Shown here: positions 28,011 to 39,345 of the stretch, piece after piece
How positions within the stretch are numbered: the stretch's first letter is position 1
Layout: every line of letters begins with the position of its first letter
Origin: Catajapyx aquilonaris
Taxonomy: Eukaryota
Direction: 5' to 3'
Assembly (NCBI GenBank): GCA_000934665.2
Contig: KZ537987.1
Coordinates: 124,001-182,907, forward strand
Length of the DNA: 58,907 bases
Made by a program: the position numbers and the translations under genes
The notes under the pieces: model-generated
The model's input: the letters and a program-made list of their open reading frames with translations, nothing else
Told to the model about the DNA's origin: nothing
The model's database searches: none

Positions 28011-29276
28011 CTAGAATTGTATGCCGCAGTGTTTCAGTGAGTACCTCATTTCTTCAAAGGCGCTTGCAAGGTTATGTTTGAATAGATCCGATGTTTGCGA
28101 GTCGATTGAGGCGTTCTTGATAGAGTCCCTGAGTGTCTCGAACGCGTCTAGTTTCTCATCGGCCCCTGGATTAACAAAGGTCGACTTGGGAAACAGCCGG
28201 AGCGCCAGAAAAAGTGGGGTGATATTAAATACCACAGCACTGCGTCGTCTGAAGTCTTCGGTCATTTCCTCCAGTGTGAACCCGCAGTCTTCAACGCCCA
28301 GTGAACTGACGGCCGACGTGAATTCCTTGTAATATTTTCCCAACAATTGGTCCAGATGCTTCTTCCTGAACTCCGGACTTGTGCTGGAGAAGAAGTAGAA
28401 GACAAGGTCCACAGTCAGAGCCGCCTTTCGAAGCAGCTGCATGTCTAACATGACCACTTCGATGGGATTTCCGTCCGAGTCGTACCTAAACATCATATTG
28501 TTGCTCCAACAATCGCCGTGGTTGATGACCTCGAACGGACCCGGGTTTTGGACCAGTTGGATTGAAATGTCGTACGCTTTGTCCACCACAACTCGCATTT
28601 CTTCCACCGTCTTTTGGTATTTCTCGTCTTTTTCTAGCAGCGTCAGGCTGTTTGTATACACCTTTTTGTCCATGTCGAAAAAAATATCTTTACCGGATTG
28701 TGAGAATATCTTTTCTTCCAAGAAGGGCCATTCTTGCATCGTGGGCCGACCTGTCTTTTTCAACATGGCGAAGGAAGCCGCATGGTAATTGGCCAGCGCC
28801 TCTAGGAACAGGCTGGAATGGGCAAAGTCCTGTCCTTCTCGACTCTTGTTGAACATCCGAAAGCCTTTCTTTGTTAAATTTTCCAATGCAAGCGCGTCAA
28901 GTATGTCATCGTATTTGGCGTAGTAACACACCGGAAAACGGAGTGGTATGGGACGATTTGATGCATTGGAACAAAATTCTTTCAGCTCCGGTATAACCAC
29001 CTCGTAGAATTTGATTTCCTTGAGCGAAAGCAGGCTGCTTCGCGTCCTGTCTTGGTGCACTTCGTTTCTTGAGTTGTACTTGACGAACAGGTGCACTTCT
29101 TCACAAGCTTTGTCTCCCAGGACGTAGTCTACTTCGAGTAGCTCTGTGGCGCTGACGAAATGGTCACCCGCCATGTCCTGCTGCTCCACTGTCATTTTGG
29201 TGATGACCAGCCTCGGGTCGCTTTTAATGAGTCGCATTGACGACTGCAGGTCGTTGAGAGGGATGCACTTTGACAT
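28011..29276 (-). CDS. EcKL protein, copy 2, 421 aa
   Basis: Close paralog of copy 1 with all catalytic motifs intact. Confidence 0.92.
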   Translation of the reverse strand: MSKCIPLNDLQSSMRLIKSDPRLVITKMTVEQQDMAGDHFVSATELLEVDYVLGDKACEEVHLFVKYNSRNEVHQDRTRSSLLSLKEIKFYEVVIPELKEFCSNASNRPIPLRFPVCYYAKYDDILDALALENLTKKGFRMFNKSREGQDFAHSSLFLEALANYHAASFAMLKKTGRPTMQEWPFLEEKIFSQSGKDIFFDMDKKVYTNSLTLLEKDEKYQKTVEEMRVVVDKAYDISIQLVQNPGPFEVINHGDCWSNNMMFRYDSDGNPIEVVMLDMQLLRKAALTVDLVFYFFSSTSPEFRKKHLDQLLGKYYKEFTSAVSSLGVEDCGFTLEEMTEDFRRRSAVVFNITPLFLALRLFPKSTFVNPGADEKLDAFETLRDSIKNASIDSQTSDLFKHNLASAFEEMRYSLKHCGIQF

Positions 29277-30122
29277 GGTCGTTAGCCTGGAATTGGTTTA
29301 GACTCGTGTCAAAATGTTGCTTATGTTGCCAGCACTTGCCAATATTCATATCCCCTACGAATGACTGGTTGGTGTTCATTATGTAAACTCATTGGACGAG
29401 GAAAGCAGATAAGATCTCAATATTTGAACATGAAGCAAGTATTACCAAGTACTACTGTAAAATAGTAATGATGGACTCCCATATGTCACGTAATCTTAAT
29501 TATGGAGCACTTCCCTAGTAATGTGGCAAATAAACAGCTGTGAAATAAGAAAAAAAAATACTGTACCTGCACTGATGAAATAAATGAATCCATCCACTGC
29601 TTCTGAGATTGTGACTCTTGACCACTTCTGGTTATCATCTTATCGTAAAAGTGACTTCTATCAGTCAAGGGCAGCATGAGTAATATTAAGAAAGCAAGTA
29701 TGAGATAACATCATCGCGCTGTTGTATCGCAAAGTACGTTAAGTTATATTATTGCATGAATGTGATCTCGTTGTTTACCTATGTTATTGCACGCAGGTTT
29801 AGTTATGTAGCACAATATGCATTGAAACGTTATTTTAACCAAAATGTGGGCTATGGTTTTTTAGAGCAGACTACAGTTTGATTTTAAAATGCACATCCTC
29901 CACCTCTGAACAGTTTAGTCCACTCATGTGCGGTCTATCATAAGCACTGGTTGGAATTTTACCGAACGTTCCCATCACGTAGTCACAATTGTGAAGTTCT
30001 TGGGTCGTGGCGCACAGATTTCCGTCTGCTCACAGATGAAGTAGGAGTCACACATTTCACTTGCACTGGGGGTACAGAGAATCTCAAAGAACGTTAAACA
30101 ATAAATTAGCTTGTAAAAAAAA

Positions 30123-30200
30123 TCTATCTCCGGCCCTAATATGCCCGTACTAATACTGATTATTATGGGTTGTGTGAAATTTTGACAACTGATTCACTAG
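30123..30200 (+). mobile_element. Internally deleted relic of the same Helitron-like family
   Basis: Ends aaattttgacaactgattcactag|t at the same position relative to EcKL copy 3 as the element next to copy 1. The 5' boundary is uncertain. Confidence 0.55.
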
Positions 30201-30301
30201 TGGGTATATATAAAACGAAAAATGTAACGTGCAATTACTTTTATTTGACACTATATAACTGGCAACTATTAATTATAGAGGAAAACGCAACAAAAATGGT
30301 G

Positions 30302-31555
30302 CTAGAATTGTATGCCGCAGTGTTCCAGTGAGTACTTCATTTCTTCAAAGGCACTTGTAAGGTGATGCTTATACAGATCCGATGTTTGCGAGTCGATTGA
30401 TGCGTTCTTGACAGAGTCCATGAGTGTCTCGAACGCGTCTAGTTCCCCTGGATCAACAAAGGTCGACTTTGGAAACAGCCGGATAGCCAGAAAACATGGG
30501 ATGAAATTAAATACCAAAGCACTGCGTCGTCTGAAGTCTTCGGCCATTTCCTCCAGTGTGAACCCGCAGTCTTCAACGCCGAGTGAACTGACGGCCGACG
30601 TGAATTCCTTGTAATATTTGCCCAACAATTGGTCCAGATGCTTCTTCCTGAACTCCGGACTTGTGCTGGAGAAGAAGTAGAAGACAAGGTCCACAGTCAG
30701 AGCCGCCTTTCGAAGCAGCTGCATGTCGAACATTACTACTTCGATGGGATTTCCGTCCGAGTCGTACTTGAACATCATATTGTTGCTCCAACAATCCCCG
30801 TGGTTGATGACCTCGAACGGACCCGGATTTTGGACCAGTTGAATCGAAATGTCGTACGCTTTGTCCACCACAACTCGCATTTCTTCCACCGTCTTTTGAT
30901 ATTTCCCATCTTTTTCTAGCAGCGTTAGACTGTTTGCGTACACCTTTTTGTCCATGTCGGAAAAAATATCTTTGCCGGATTGTGAGAATACTTTTTCTTC
31001 CAAGAATGGCCATTCTTGCATCGTGGGCCGACCTGTCTTTTTCAACATGGCGAAGGAAGCCGCGTGGTAATTGGCCAGCGCCTCCAGGAACATGCTGCAA
31101 TGGGCAAAGTCCTGTCCTTCTCGACTATTGTTGAACATCCGAAAGCCTTCGTTTGTTAAATTTTCCAGTGCAAGCGCGTCAAGTATGTCATCGTATTTGG
31201 AGTAGTAACACACTGGAAAACGAAGCGGTATGGGACGACTTGCATTGGAACAAAATTCTTTCAAAGCCGGTACAACCACCTCGTAGAATTTAATTTCCTT
31301 GAGCGAAATCAGGTTGCTTCGCATCCTGTCTTGATGCACTTTGTTGCTCGAGTTGTACTTGACGAACAGGTGCACTTCTTCAGCAGTTTTGTCTCCCAGG
31401 ACGTAGTCGACTTCGAGTAGCTCTGTGGCGCTGAGGAAATGGTCTCCGGCCATGTCCTGCTGCTCCACTGTCATTTTGGTGATGACCAGCCTTGGGTCGC
31501 TTTTAAGAAGTCGCATTGACGACTGCAGGTCTTTGAGAGGGATGCACTTTGACAT
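30302..31555 (-). CDS. EcKL protein, copy 3, 417 aa
   Basis: Close paralog of copies 1 and 2 with all catalytic motifs intact. Confidence 0.92.
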   Translation of the reverse strand: MSKCIPLKDLQSSMRLLKSDPRLVITKMTVEQQDMAGDHFLSATELLEVDYVLGDKTAEEVHLFVKYNSSNKVHQDRMRSNLISLKEIKFYEVVVPALKEFCSNASRPIPLRFPVCYYSKYDDILDALALENLTNEGFRMFNNSREGQDFAHCSMFLEALANYHAASFAMLKKTGRPTMQEWPFLEEKVFSQSGKDIFSDMDKKVYANSLTLLEKDGKYQKTVEEMRVVVDKAYDISIQLVQNPGPFEVINHGDCWSNNMMFKYDSDGNPIEVVMFDMQLLRKAALTVDLVFYFFSSTSPEFRKKHLDQLLGKYYKEFTSAVSSLGVEDCGFTLEEMAEDFRRRSALVFNFIPCFLAIRLFPKSTFVDPGELDAFETLMDSVKNASIDSQTSDLYKHHLTSAFEEMKYSLEHCGIQF

Positions 31556-33440
31556 GGTCGTGTAAGCCTAGAACTGGTTTAAAATCGTGTGAAAGTTACG
31601 AATGTTGGCATCACCTATGAATGTCTGGTTGGTGCTCATTATGTAAAATAAGCTAAAAAAGCCAGTACCTGCACAGATGAAATAAATGAAGCTTCCCACT
31701 GCTTCTGCGTTGTCCCAGATTGTGACTCTAGAGTCTAGACCATTTTTGGTTATCATCTTATCGTAAAAGTGGCTTTTATCAGTGAAGTACAGCATGAGGA
31801 ATGTTAAGAAAACAAGTATAAAATAACATCATCTCTCTGGGTTGCATTGCAAAGTACAGAATATTATTGCATGAATGTGGTGGCGTTGTTTACTTACGTA
31901 TTGAACACAGGTAGCACAATGTGCATTATAATGTTATTTTAGCCAAAATATGATATATGTACTTTTAGAGCAGACTACAGTACTACCTGTATACAGTTAG
32001 AAAATTCTGTATCAAACCCAATTTTTTAATTGCCGCACTGGAAGAGTTACGAAAACACACTATTAATTTTCCATATTGGGAATATTGCATAAAAATTTCT
32101 GGTGAAACTATTACATTTTTTTCCCCTCCTGCTTGGTAATTACTAAAAATCGAATCATCTACCTCCATCCATGCCCTGTACTGTGCCGCATCGTTGCTAA
32201 AGTTTTCATGTGAAAGTACGGCCCCCCTGTTATTTTTTTTTTTATTTATTTTTTATCCCCCGTCTCCTTGCGCCATGAAATTACAAAGCATATCATATAT
32301 GCCTTAATGGAGTTGAGGAAATGAGTATGGAATTTTTAATAGGATTTTTGCCTACGGAAATTTGTGCTGTTGTATTACTAAGTTTGCTGAATAAACGAAT
32401 TTTTGCAAAATTATAACATGTTTTTAACTGCCAGTACTGCACGTCATGACTATGTTACAGGGTTTTAAAAAATCCTGACTGTTCAGGGTCTCATGTGCGT
32501 TTGAATTGCCTAACTGCCAGGATAATTTTATTGTTTACTTACTGTGCAATGTTTGCTGAAGTGAGCACTGCTTCACTCTGTACATTCTCATTCTATTAAA
32601 GGTCACAATGTCAACCACTTCCCATAATGCTTCGTTGTCCAGAGGAGGAAAAAAAAAAGCCTTTATCTGAGGAGCTGCCACGTGCATCTGGGGTGTCCCC
32701 CCAAAATTTCATTACCAGATGAATTACGGTCCCCGCCAAGCAATTATTTTTGCTCTGTCATGTGTTAATTCCGATTAAAGTGTTGCAATGTGGGTACGGA
32801 GGGGGGAGTATATGTTGAGGGGGAGAGGAGGGAAGTATATATTCATTAGGGTTATGAGCCCGACTTTATAGAAGTCAATTGTACACAGTTCATGGCCAGA
32901 TGGACTCGTACCGCAATGTTTGTGCTTCCAATGTTACAAAAAGCGGTATGGAGTGGGACCTCCAATTGAAAACCACTCGTCTCTAGTCCCCCCCCGCAGT
33001 TTTTGATTGTCCCCGCAACTGGTCTGAAATGACTCGTTTTGAGGATTCCCATGCAAGGTACTCCCCACACAGAGAAGGTTTTTACCCTAATTAAACTCGT
33101 TTAAAATCTGCGCAGACGGTTTGATTAAAAGTTTCCCCCCTTCCTGGCCCCGCCATTTTGATTGAGGCTTTATAGTCTTGCTTGGACACTAGATGGATCG
33201 AATTGGTCGCCTTTTTGACACACCAAATCCCCCGGTTAAGACAATCCCATTGCGGATAGTGCCACCTGATAATTAACTGCTCTATTTTACCGGGGTTGAT
33301 TGGACGACTGTTTTTACTGCCCACTGGCTTTAACGTATAGGTAACTCAAAACTTGAGTTAATTAGGGCTACTTAAGCTCATTGTACGAAGGGTGTCCCCC
33401 TGAATTTTTTGTATTTTGGAGTTTAAACTATTCTTGAATA

Positions 33441-33642
33441 CTAGTGAACCCGTTGCCAAAATTTGGCAAAACCTATAATGAGTATGACAGTCTGCCGATT
33501 TCCAACGTAGTGCTATTTTTCACACATAGATGGTGCATACTCCCTCTTCACACTCTTGCCACCCTCAGGGCGTGCGAGCGATAGCGATACTATCATGTCG
33601 GACAAACATCAGACGGAGAGAATAAGCCTTTTAGAAGAAAGA
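33441..33642 (-). mobile_element. Non-autonomous Helitron-like element (~202 bp)
   Basis: On - strand reads A|TCTTTC...TTGCCAAATTTTGGCAA-CGGGTTCA-CTAG|T: a 17-nt palindrome 8 nt before the CTAG, and an AT target. Confidence 0.72.
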
Positions 33643-36469
33643 TGCGATATTTTCATGCGTGTGTGCTTTTAAAAAAATCGACACATTAATTATACTGTAT
33701 GTTTAAAAATAACCATGCGTTCTTTGTTGGTTTAAATGACGTCACCCTTTGCGTGTCGCGCACTTTGTAGGTGCAAAAGCCGCAGTGCGAAAACTAATCG
33801 CAGGAAGCATGTGGCCTTCACCACTTTTGGGGGCGCAGTGTGGTTCAGCGGGCCGGGAGGGGTTGCAGGGTGGAAAGCTGGGGGGCGAGGGAGGAAAATT
33901 TCGCGTGCTAATTGATGCTGCCTCTTTATTCGAGCAAAGAGTACCAGAAAAGGAGGTGGAACACGATATGGGTTGCGGTATTATTGTGCAACTAACCACT
34001 ATTAATCAACTATTCCTGCATAAGAAAAGCTTGGGCGAAGCGAGTGTTTCTCTAATCGCAGCAGAGAGCGAAGCGAGTGTTTTAGTTTCTGCATATATTA
34101 ATTTGTGTCCGGATTATTTTTTTCTCTCGTTTGTGGAATACGGGCTATAGAGTCCTTACAGGATGGCTTGGAGGTGAAGACACCCTCCTTTTTTTCCCCA
34201 AGGTTTTTGGAGAGGTGGTGGAAGGCACCCTTTGGAAGGGGCTGGCAGTGATTAATGTCCCTGTGATTGGCACGCCGGACGCTCTGGTAATTGGCCGCCG
34301 GAGCTGGTGGTGGGATTTTTGCTGGGATCCGGAGTCGTTTCGCCCGTTCCCGCAAGACATGTCTGCACTTCTTAAACCGTTGGGGATTTTTTTTTGTGGG
34401 AGGGACGGTGGGTCGTCCAAGGGCATTGGCATTTTCGGATTAACTTTTTTTTTTTATCATTCGGAGTCCGCTAGATGGCAGTGCTTGTTTCCAGCCATCT
34501 AGCGGCAGACAGTTAAAGCTACCAGAAGGCATTGCCATCTAGCGTGCATTTTGGCGTACTTAGACGGCTCTATAAGTCAGACGCGTGTAAGAAAACATTT
34601 TTTTTAAATCCAGAAATGATGGCCGACGATTTTGCCACAGGTCGTTGTTATCGGTAATGCTCCAAATGGAAACTTTGTCACCGTGAGTTCTTTCTCTCTA
34701 CCACCCCCCCCCAAAAAAACCCTCTCAGGGGGGGACCCAGGGGGTGTTTGGAAGACATTAATTCTGTGATGAAGCACTGAGTGTGCGGATAAAAGATTAC
34801 GAATCTCTGGCGGTAAAATATGGCCGACACTTTTCCCTCCCTTGTGAAAGATGGCGTCTTTTTCTGTCTCTTCGTTCAACCGCCGACATATTGCGCCCCC
34901 CCCCCCCCCNCCCCTTCTTTTTCTTTTCTCCTTATATATAGGGGGGACTTTTCATGTCGATCCACAGCCATACCCATACATCAAGAGGCGCCCCGCAATT
35001 TTTCGGGAGGACAACTCCATAGTGAAATTTGCACTTCATCTCACCACACGCGCCTTATTAATACACCAAGCTTGGAAATAACATCATCGGGCTATATTAA
35101 CTCTATATAAGATGTTTGTTTTTTTGCCCACTCTGAATCGGAAGCAGTAGACTTGCGGCAGGAATCCGGCTTACATTCCAGGGAACGCGTTTTCCCCAAA
35201 CTGCGTCAGCTCTGGCTAATTAAGGAACCCCCCTCCCCTCCTCCTCCCCCGGCTTGCCTTTCGTACCAGCATTTAATTCCAGTTCAGTGCAGCACATCTC
35301 CTAGATGGTTCAGTTAATTATATAACGTTTTCCCCTGCCAGCTGTGATTGGCCAAGCACGTCTAATTAGGAATCTGTTGCTGTGGCCGGATGGGCAGAAT
35401 AGGCGCACATATTCTGTGCCACACTCTGTAGTGCTGGGGGGGGAAAGGCCTAAAATCTCCGCCTGCCAGGAACGATTTGGCGGAAAAACATTTTAGAGTG
35501 CCAGCGCCTATAGTGCCTGCCACCAGGATGTGGGTCTGCTGCACTTCAAATGGGATTATTCTAGGCTTTCCACTCGGAAGTTATGCCAAGAACTGCTTCA
35601 TAAAACGTGAATCCTTGCCACTACCGAAATCCTCCTGGTCTCGTGATCCTAATCAGACAATGATTCCCCGAACTGGATGTGACCAACAGGATATGTCCAA
35701 CAATAGCTGGTAACAATAGCTGGCACATTTTAAGTCGCGATTTTTATAACAAATTAACAGAAAAGTTGCGCACGCATACATGTATAATTAATGAGCCTAA
35801 TTGTGTTGGAAAATGGCCTTTGGGTATTATTAAGCTGACCACACGTAAGGTAAACTTCTCACTCCTTTCCAGAGGTACAACATTTTGAGATAATTTTATA
35901 TCCACCAGAAATAAGAGCATGTTCTACTTGGAGTCTAAAATTATTTTTTACTTTTTTAAGAAACAGGGTCGATGCCTGTTACTTACTGAAACCCTTTTTT
36001 TTAAATAAAAAAAGCAAAAATCCGTGACTCTCCACACCATAATAGTCATCTTCTAGTTTTATTGGTGCTTTCAAACACCAACTTCTACTGGACTTGGTCC
36101 GCTTTTCTCAAAAGGATTTCAAGCAATTTCCAAACCTGCTGTACCTGCACTATACTTCCCAGTGCACCACCCCTTCCTATAGGACGACTCCAATGATTGG
36201 ACGTGTGCTCGTGACCTACACAAGCCTTTACCCCTGTCCTGAAGAGTGATTTCTCTTCGCAGCACGTTCGGCCATTAGGAGCCAGGTTTCCCGGAGATTC
36301 GAAAAGCTCCAGGTTTCCATACTTCATGAGGATTCTCTCTCTCTGTGTGTTCGAATAGGGGGAAAGAGGTGGCGGGGGGGAAGCGAGCATGACTTCCCCC
36401 GCCAAGATTACCCACCCCTCCTGCGTGATAAATGCTCCGTAGCTAATGTTGCGCAGTCCAGAGAAAAGG

Positions 36470-36513
<44 letters not shown>
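36470..36513. repeat. (CT)n microsatellite (another at ~10290-10321)
   Basis: Direct dinucleotide run. Confidence 0.95.
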
Positions 36514-36517
<4 letters not shown>

Positions 36518-39127
36518 GTGCTAAACTCTCTGCATTAGCATTGGAGGAGCCCTGTCAAGGAGTATACACGGATCCAAACCCTCCTCCAAATACACAATCA
36601 GCAAAGCCTCCGCTTGCAAATCGACGGCAGGGACGTGTAATGAAGAGGTGTTTTCCTCTCCAAGTCTTTTTGCCTGCTGCAGTTATTGATAATGTCATTT
36701 TCTGGCATTCTGCCTGCATCTCGTTCCATTTTAGAGCTTCTCTTTGCATTCCGTGTGGAGGGGAAAAAGGAGGGAAAAAAAGTCGATTTTCTTCTTTTCC
36801 GTTTGTTGTTATCTGGCTTCTCTGTTGGACTTGAGATAAACTGATGTCTTTTTTTATCCGGTTTGTGTGAAATGTCGCTCGTTAAACAGCATGTTCCAGA
36901 ATTTCTTATCCACAAATCCGCTTATTTTGGAGCAATCTTAGCTGTTGTGAAATGCCAACATGTTTCTCTATACATAACTCTCATATAACGAGATCTTCCT
37001 TATTAAGATAGAAAAATCTACAGGTAGGATTGGAAGCCTACAAAAGTTCCCTCCCTGAGTAAGAATAGGCTTTGTGCTTCGTGCCACATTTTAATACCCG
37101 CTTTGTGAGCTTCCCCCTCTCCCCCCCCCCTCCTCCTCCTCTCCCCCCCAGTCAATGAGCTTCCCCTCTAATAGGCATGACAAAAGAGAACGCAAACGTT
37201 CAAATATTGACTCGTGCAGTATAAATGTGAAGGCGCACTCATTGGCTCATTTCCTGAGAGCAGCCTAGGAAACGAGAGAGAGCTCCCCCTGAATTGACAC
37301 TGGTTTACAGGCTGAGACTATATACCTTCCCTCGTGAGATTAAAACCAGAGAACTAACATGACAAAAATATATATATTGAGATCCAAGGCTGATAATGTA
37401 CAAATTTTAGCGTTTTAACCAGAATCGAAAAAAAACTGAATGTATTAGTCAGTTGGGTCAAGTTAATTGACAAAAAAAATACACGTGTGGATTTCAGGTC
37501 CGGTTTAAAATTATCACATCCGGATTTTTCTGTGCAAATCCAAGGGGGACACACTAGATTAAAATGTTAATCTTTCACGGCCCTTGCTGCTGGTTGGCGA
37601 AAAAATGGCGTGCGAATTTGAGCCTAGGATTTATAAGAACATTCATTTCGAATTAATATGATGTTAGGCTAATATTTAGGACTGGGAGAAACTCGGTAAA
37701 AACATTGCCGCCCGGATCTCACCCTAAAACCGGGCGTTATCAAATGTTTGTTAATAACAATTAATAACGAAATTCAGGGGAATTGTCTTATTAGATAATT
37801 GGGTGTTCCCTGCAATTATATAACTAGCAGGGTCTTCGCACTGTGATTGATAAATAAAAGAAATATGTGCCACAAAATGATACACCAAACATCATTTTAA
37901 AAAATCTAAATCTTTGGTATTTAGACTCAAAACATTGCAGTTTTCGGATTTGTCCCTAAATCAGCGGCACGTAAGACGTCAGTGTGACAAGTTTCAGCAC
38001 CGGCTCTCAATACACTGGAAGTGGGTTAGGTATATAGCCATGATGAATACCAACAAACTTTCTACTTTATATATTTGTAAGATTATACCGTTCTATGAGA
38101 GTGAACACTTTGTCTAATCTTCTCAACATTGCGCCTTCCCACCGACTGTGGACGTAGCACCATATGTCTCACGTAGATGGCGCCTTCAGTGCGAACTACT
38201 GATGACTCACCGCGGACAGAGACACAAAATTTTACCTTTTCCGTGCTGCTAATCATGATTTAAGAGGTTGTTAACCCTTCCTAATCCTATACTCAACCTA
38301 TATTATGACCTATGCTTCTAGAGGTCTTCGAACCCCCACTTTTTTTACCACCTTCCACCCCCTCCATTCCCCCCAACCCACACCATTTTTTTATTGTCGA
38401 GTTCCGGAACTTGTGACAATCCTGTGACTTCACGTGTCAGCACTTCACAGCTTCTCAGTAATCGTCGGGAGAGAAAATTCCTTCCTCTAATGGCGGTAAT
38501 TACGCCTTGCTTGTCTCGCTTTTGTTGGAAGGAAGGGGGGGAAAAAAGGTGGAGAAGAAGCGGAGGTGCAAAAAAAAATTGCGAAGCTGCGCAATTTATT
38601 TTTTTTCATCCAACCTTAGTCCTCTCTCTGCCATGTCAATTTTTCATATAAGCCTCCCCGTGTACTAGAACTCACTTTTGGAAAGCTGATAACGTTTACG
38701 TTGGGGTCTGGCACGGAATATAGGAGTTTCCCCCCGCAGATCAAATATTTTTTTTTGGGGGGGGGGGAGCTGGGTGCTTTTTATAGTAGAAGAGGAGAGG
38801 AGGGGGCGGGGGAGGAAAGTATGCGAATAATAGAAGGAATCCAATACCCACTGCCATTCTATAACTGGCTTTGTGATTACCGTCTCATAAAGAGTACCCC
38901 CGCCTGGTTTTTTTTTTGGTTGATACTTTACCCAAAATCCTATTTGGTAGTAAAGCAGGGGCTGTGGAGATTTATCGACTGATCCACTTCAACTGTGTGC
39001 AAAAATGGGCGGTGGAATTTTTTTTTTCGCGTTTCTTTGTAACGTTCTTTGTAACCATGAGCAATGTTGGTCCAGTGGCCCACTTTTGCAGTGTGAATGA
39101 ACCCCTTCTTTTTTTCTTTCTTTCCAG

Positions 39128-39345
39128 GCAAAGTCCCTGCTTCCGAAGGCAAAACCAGGAGAGTCTTACCAGGCCCGAATTGCGCCCAATCATCTGAACG
39201 TGTTTCTGAACCTGGCCAACTTGATCGCCCGAAACGAGACGCGATTGGAGGAGGCGGACAGACTGTACAGACAGGCCATCAGCATGAGGGCCGATTACAC
39301 CCAGGCATACATCAACCGGGGAGACATTTTGCTCAAAATGAACAG
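39128..39345 (+). CDS. TMTC3: TMTC3-like exon (TPR)
   Basis: ttccag|GCA...AG|gtaca, phase 0 to 2. Encodes [63 protein letters not shown] is typical of TMTC3. Confidence 0.92.

Noticed and set aside
25788..31134. Plus-strand and alternative-frame ORFs overlapping the EcKL genes
   Set aside because: These are shadows of the real coding frames and are repeated only because the genes are duplicated.
25778..31555. Bacterial horizontal transfer or contamination (intronless APH-like kinases)
   Set aside because: The motifs and ~420-aa length fit arthropod EcKLs, and the genes have poly(A) signals and a probable 5'-UTR intron.
25487..33642. One 8-kb TIR transposon (Pack-MULE or CACTA type) carrying the kinases
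   Set aside because: No target-site duplication is visible at the outer ends, and each repeat has its own Helitron-type TC start, hairpin and CTAG end.
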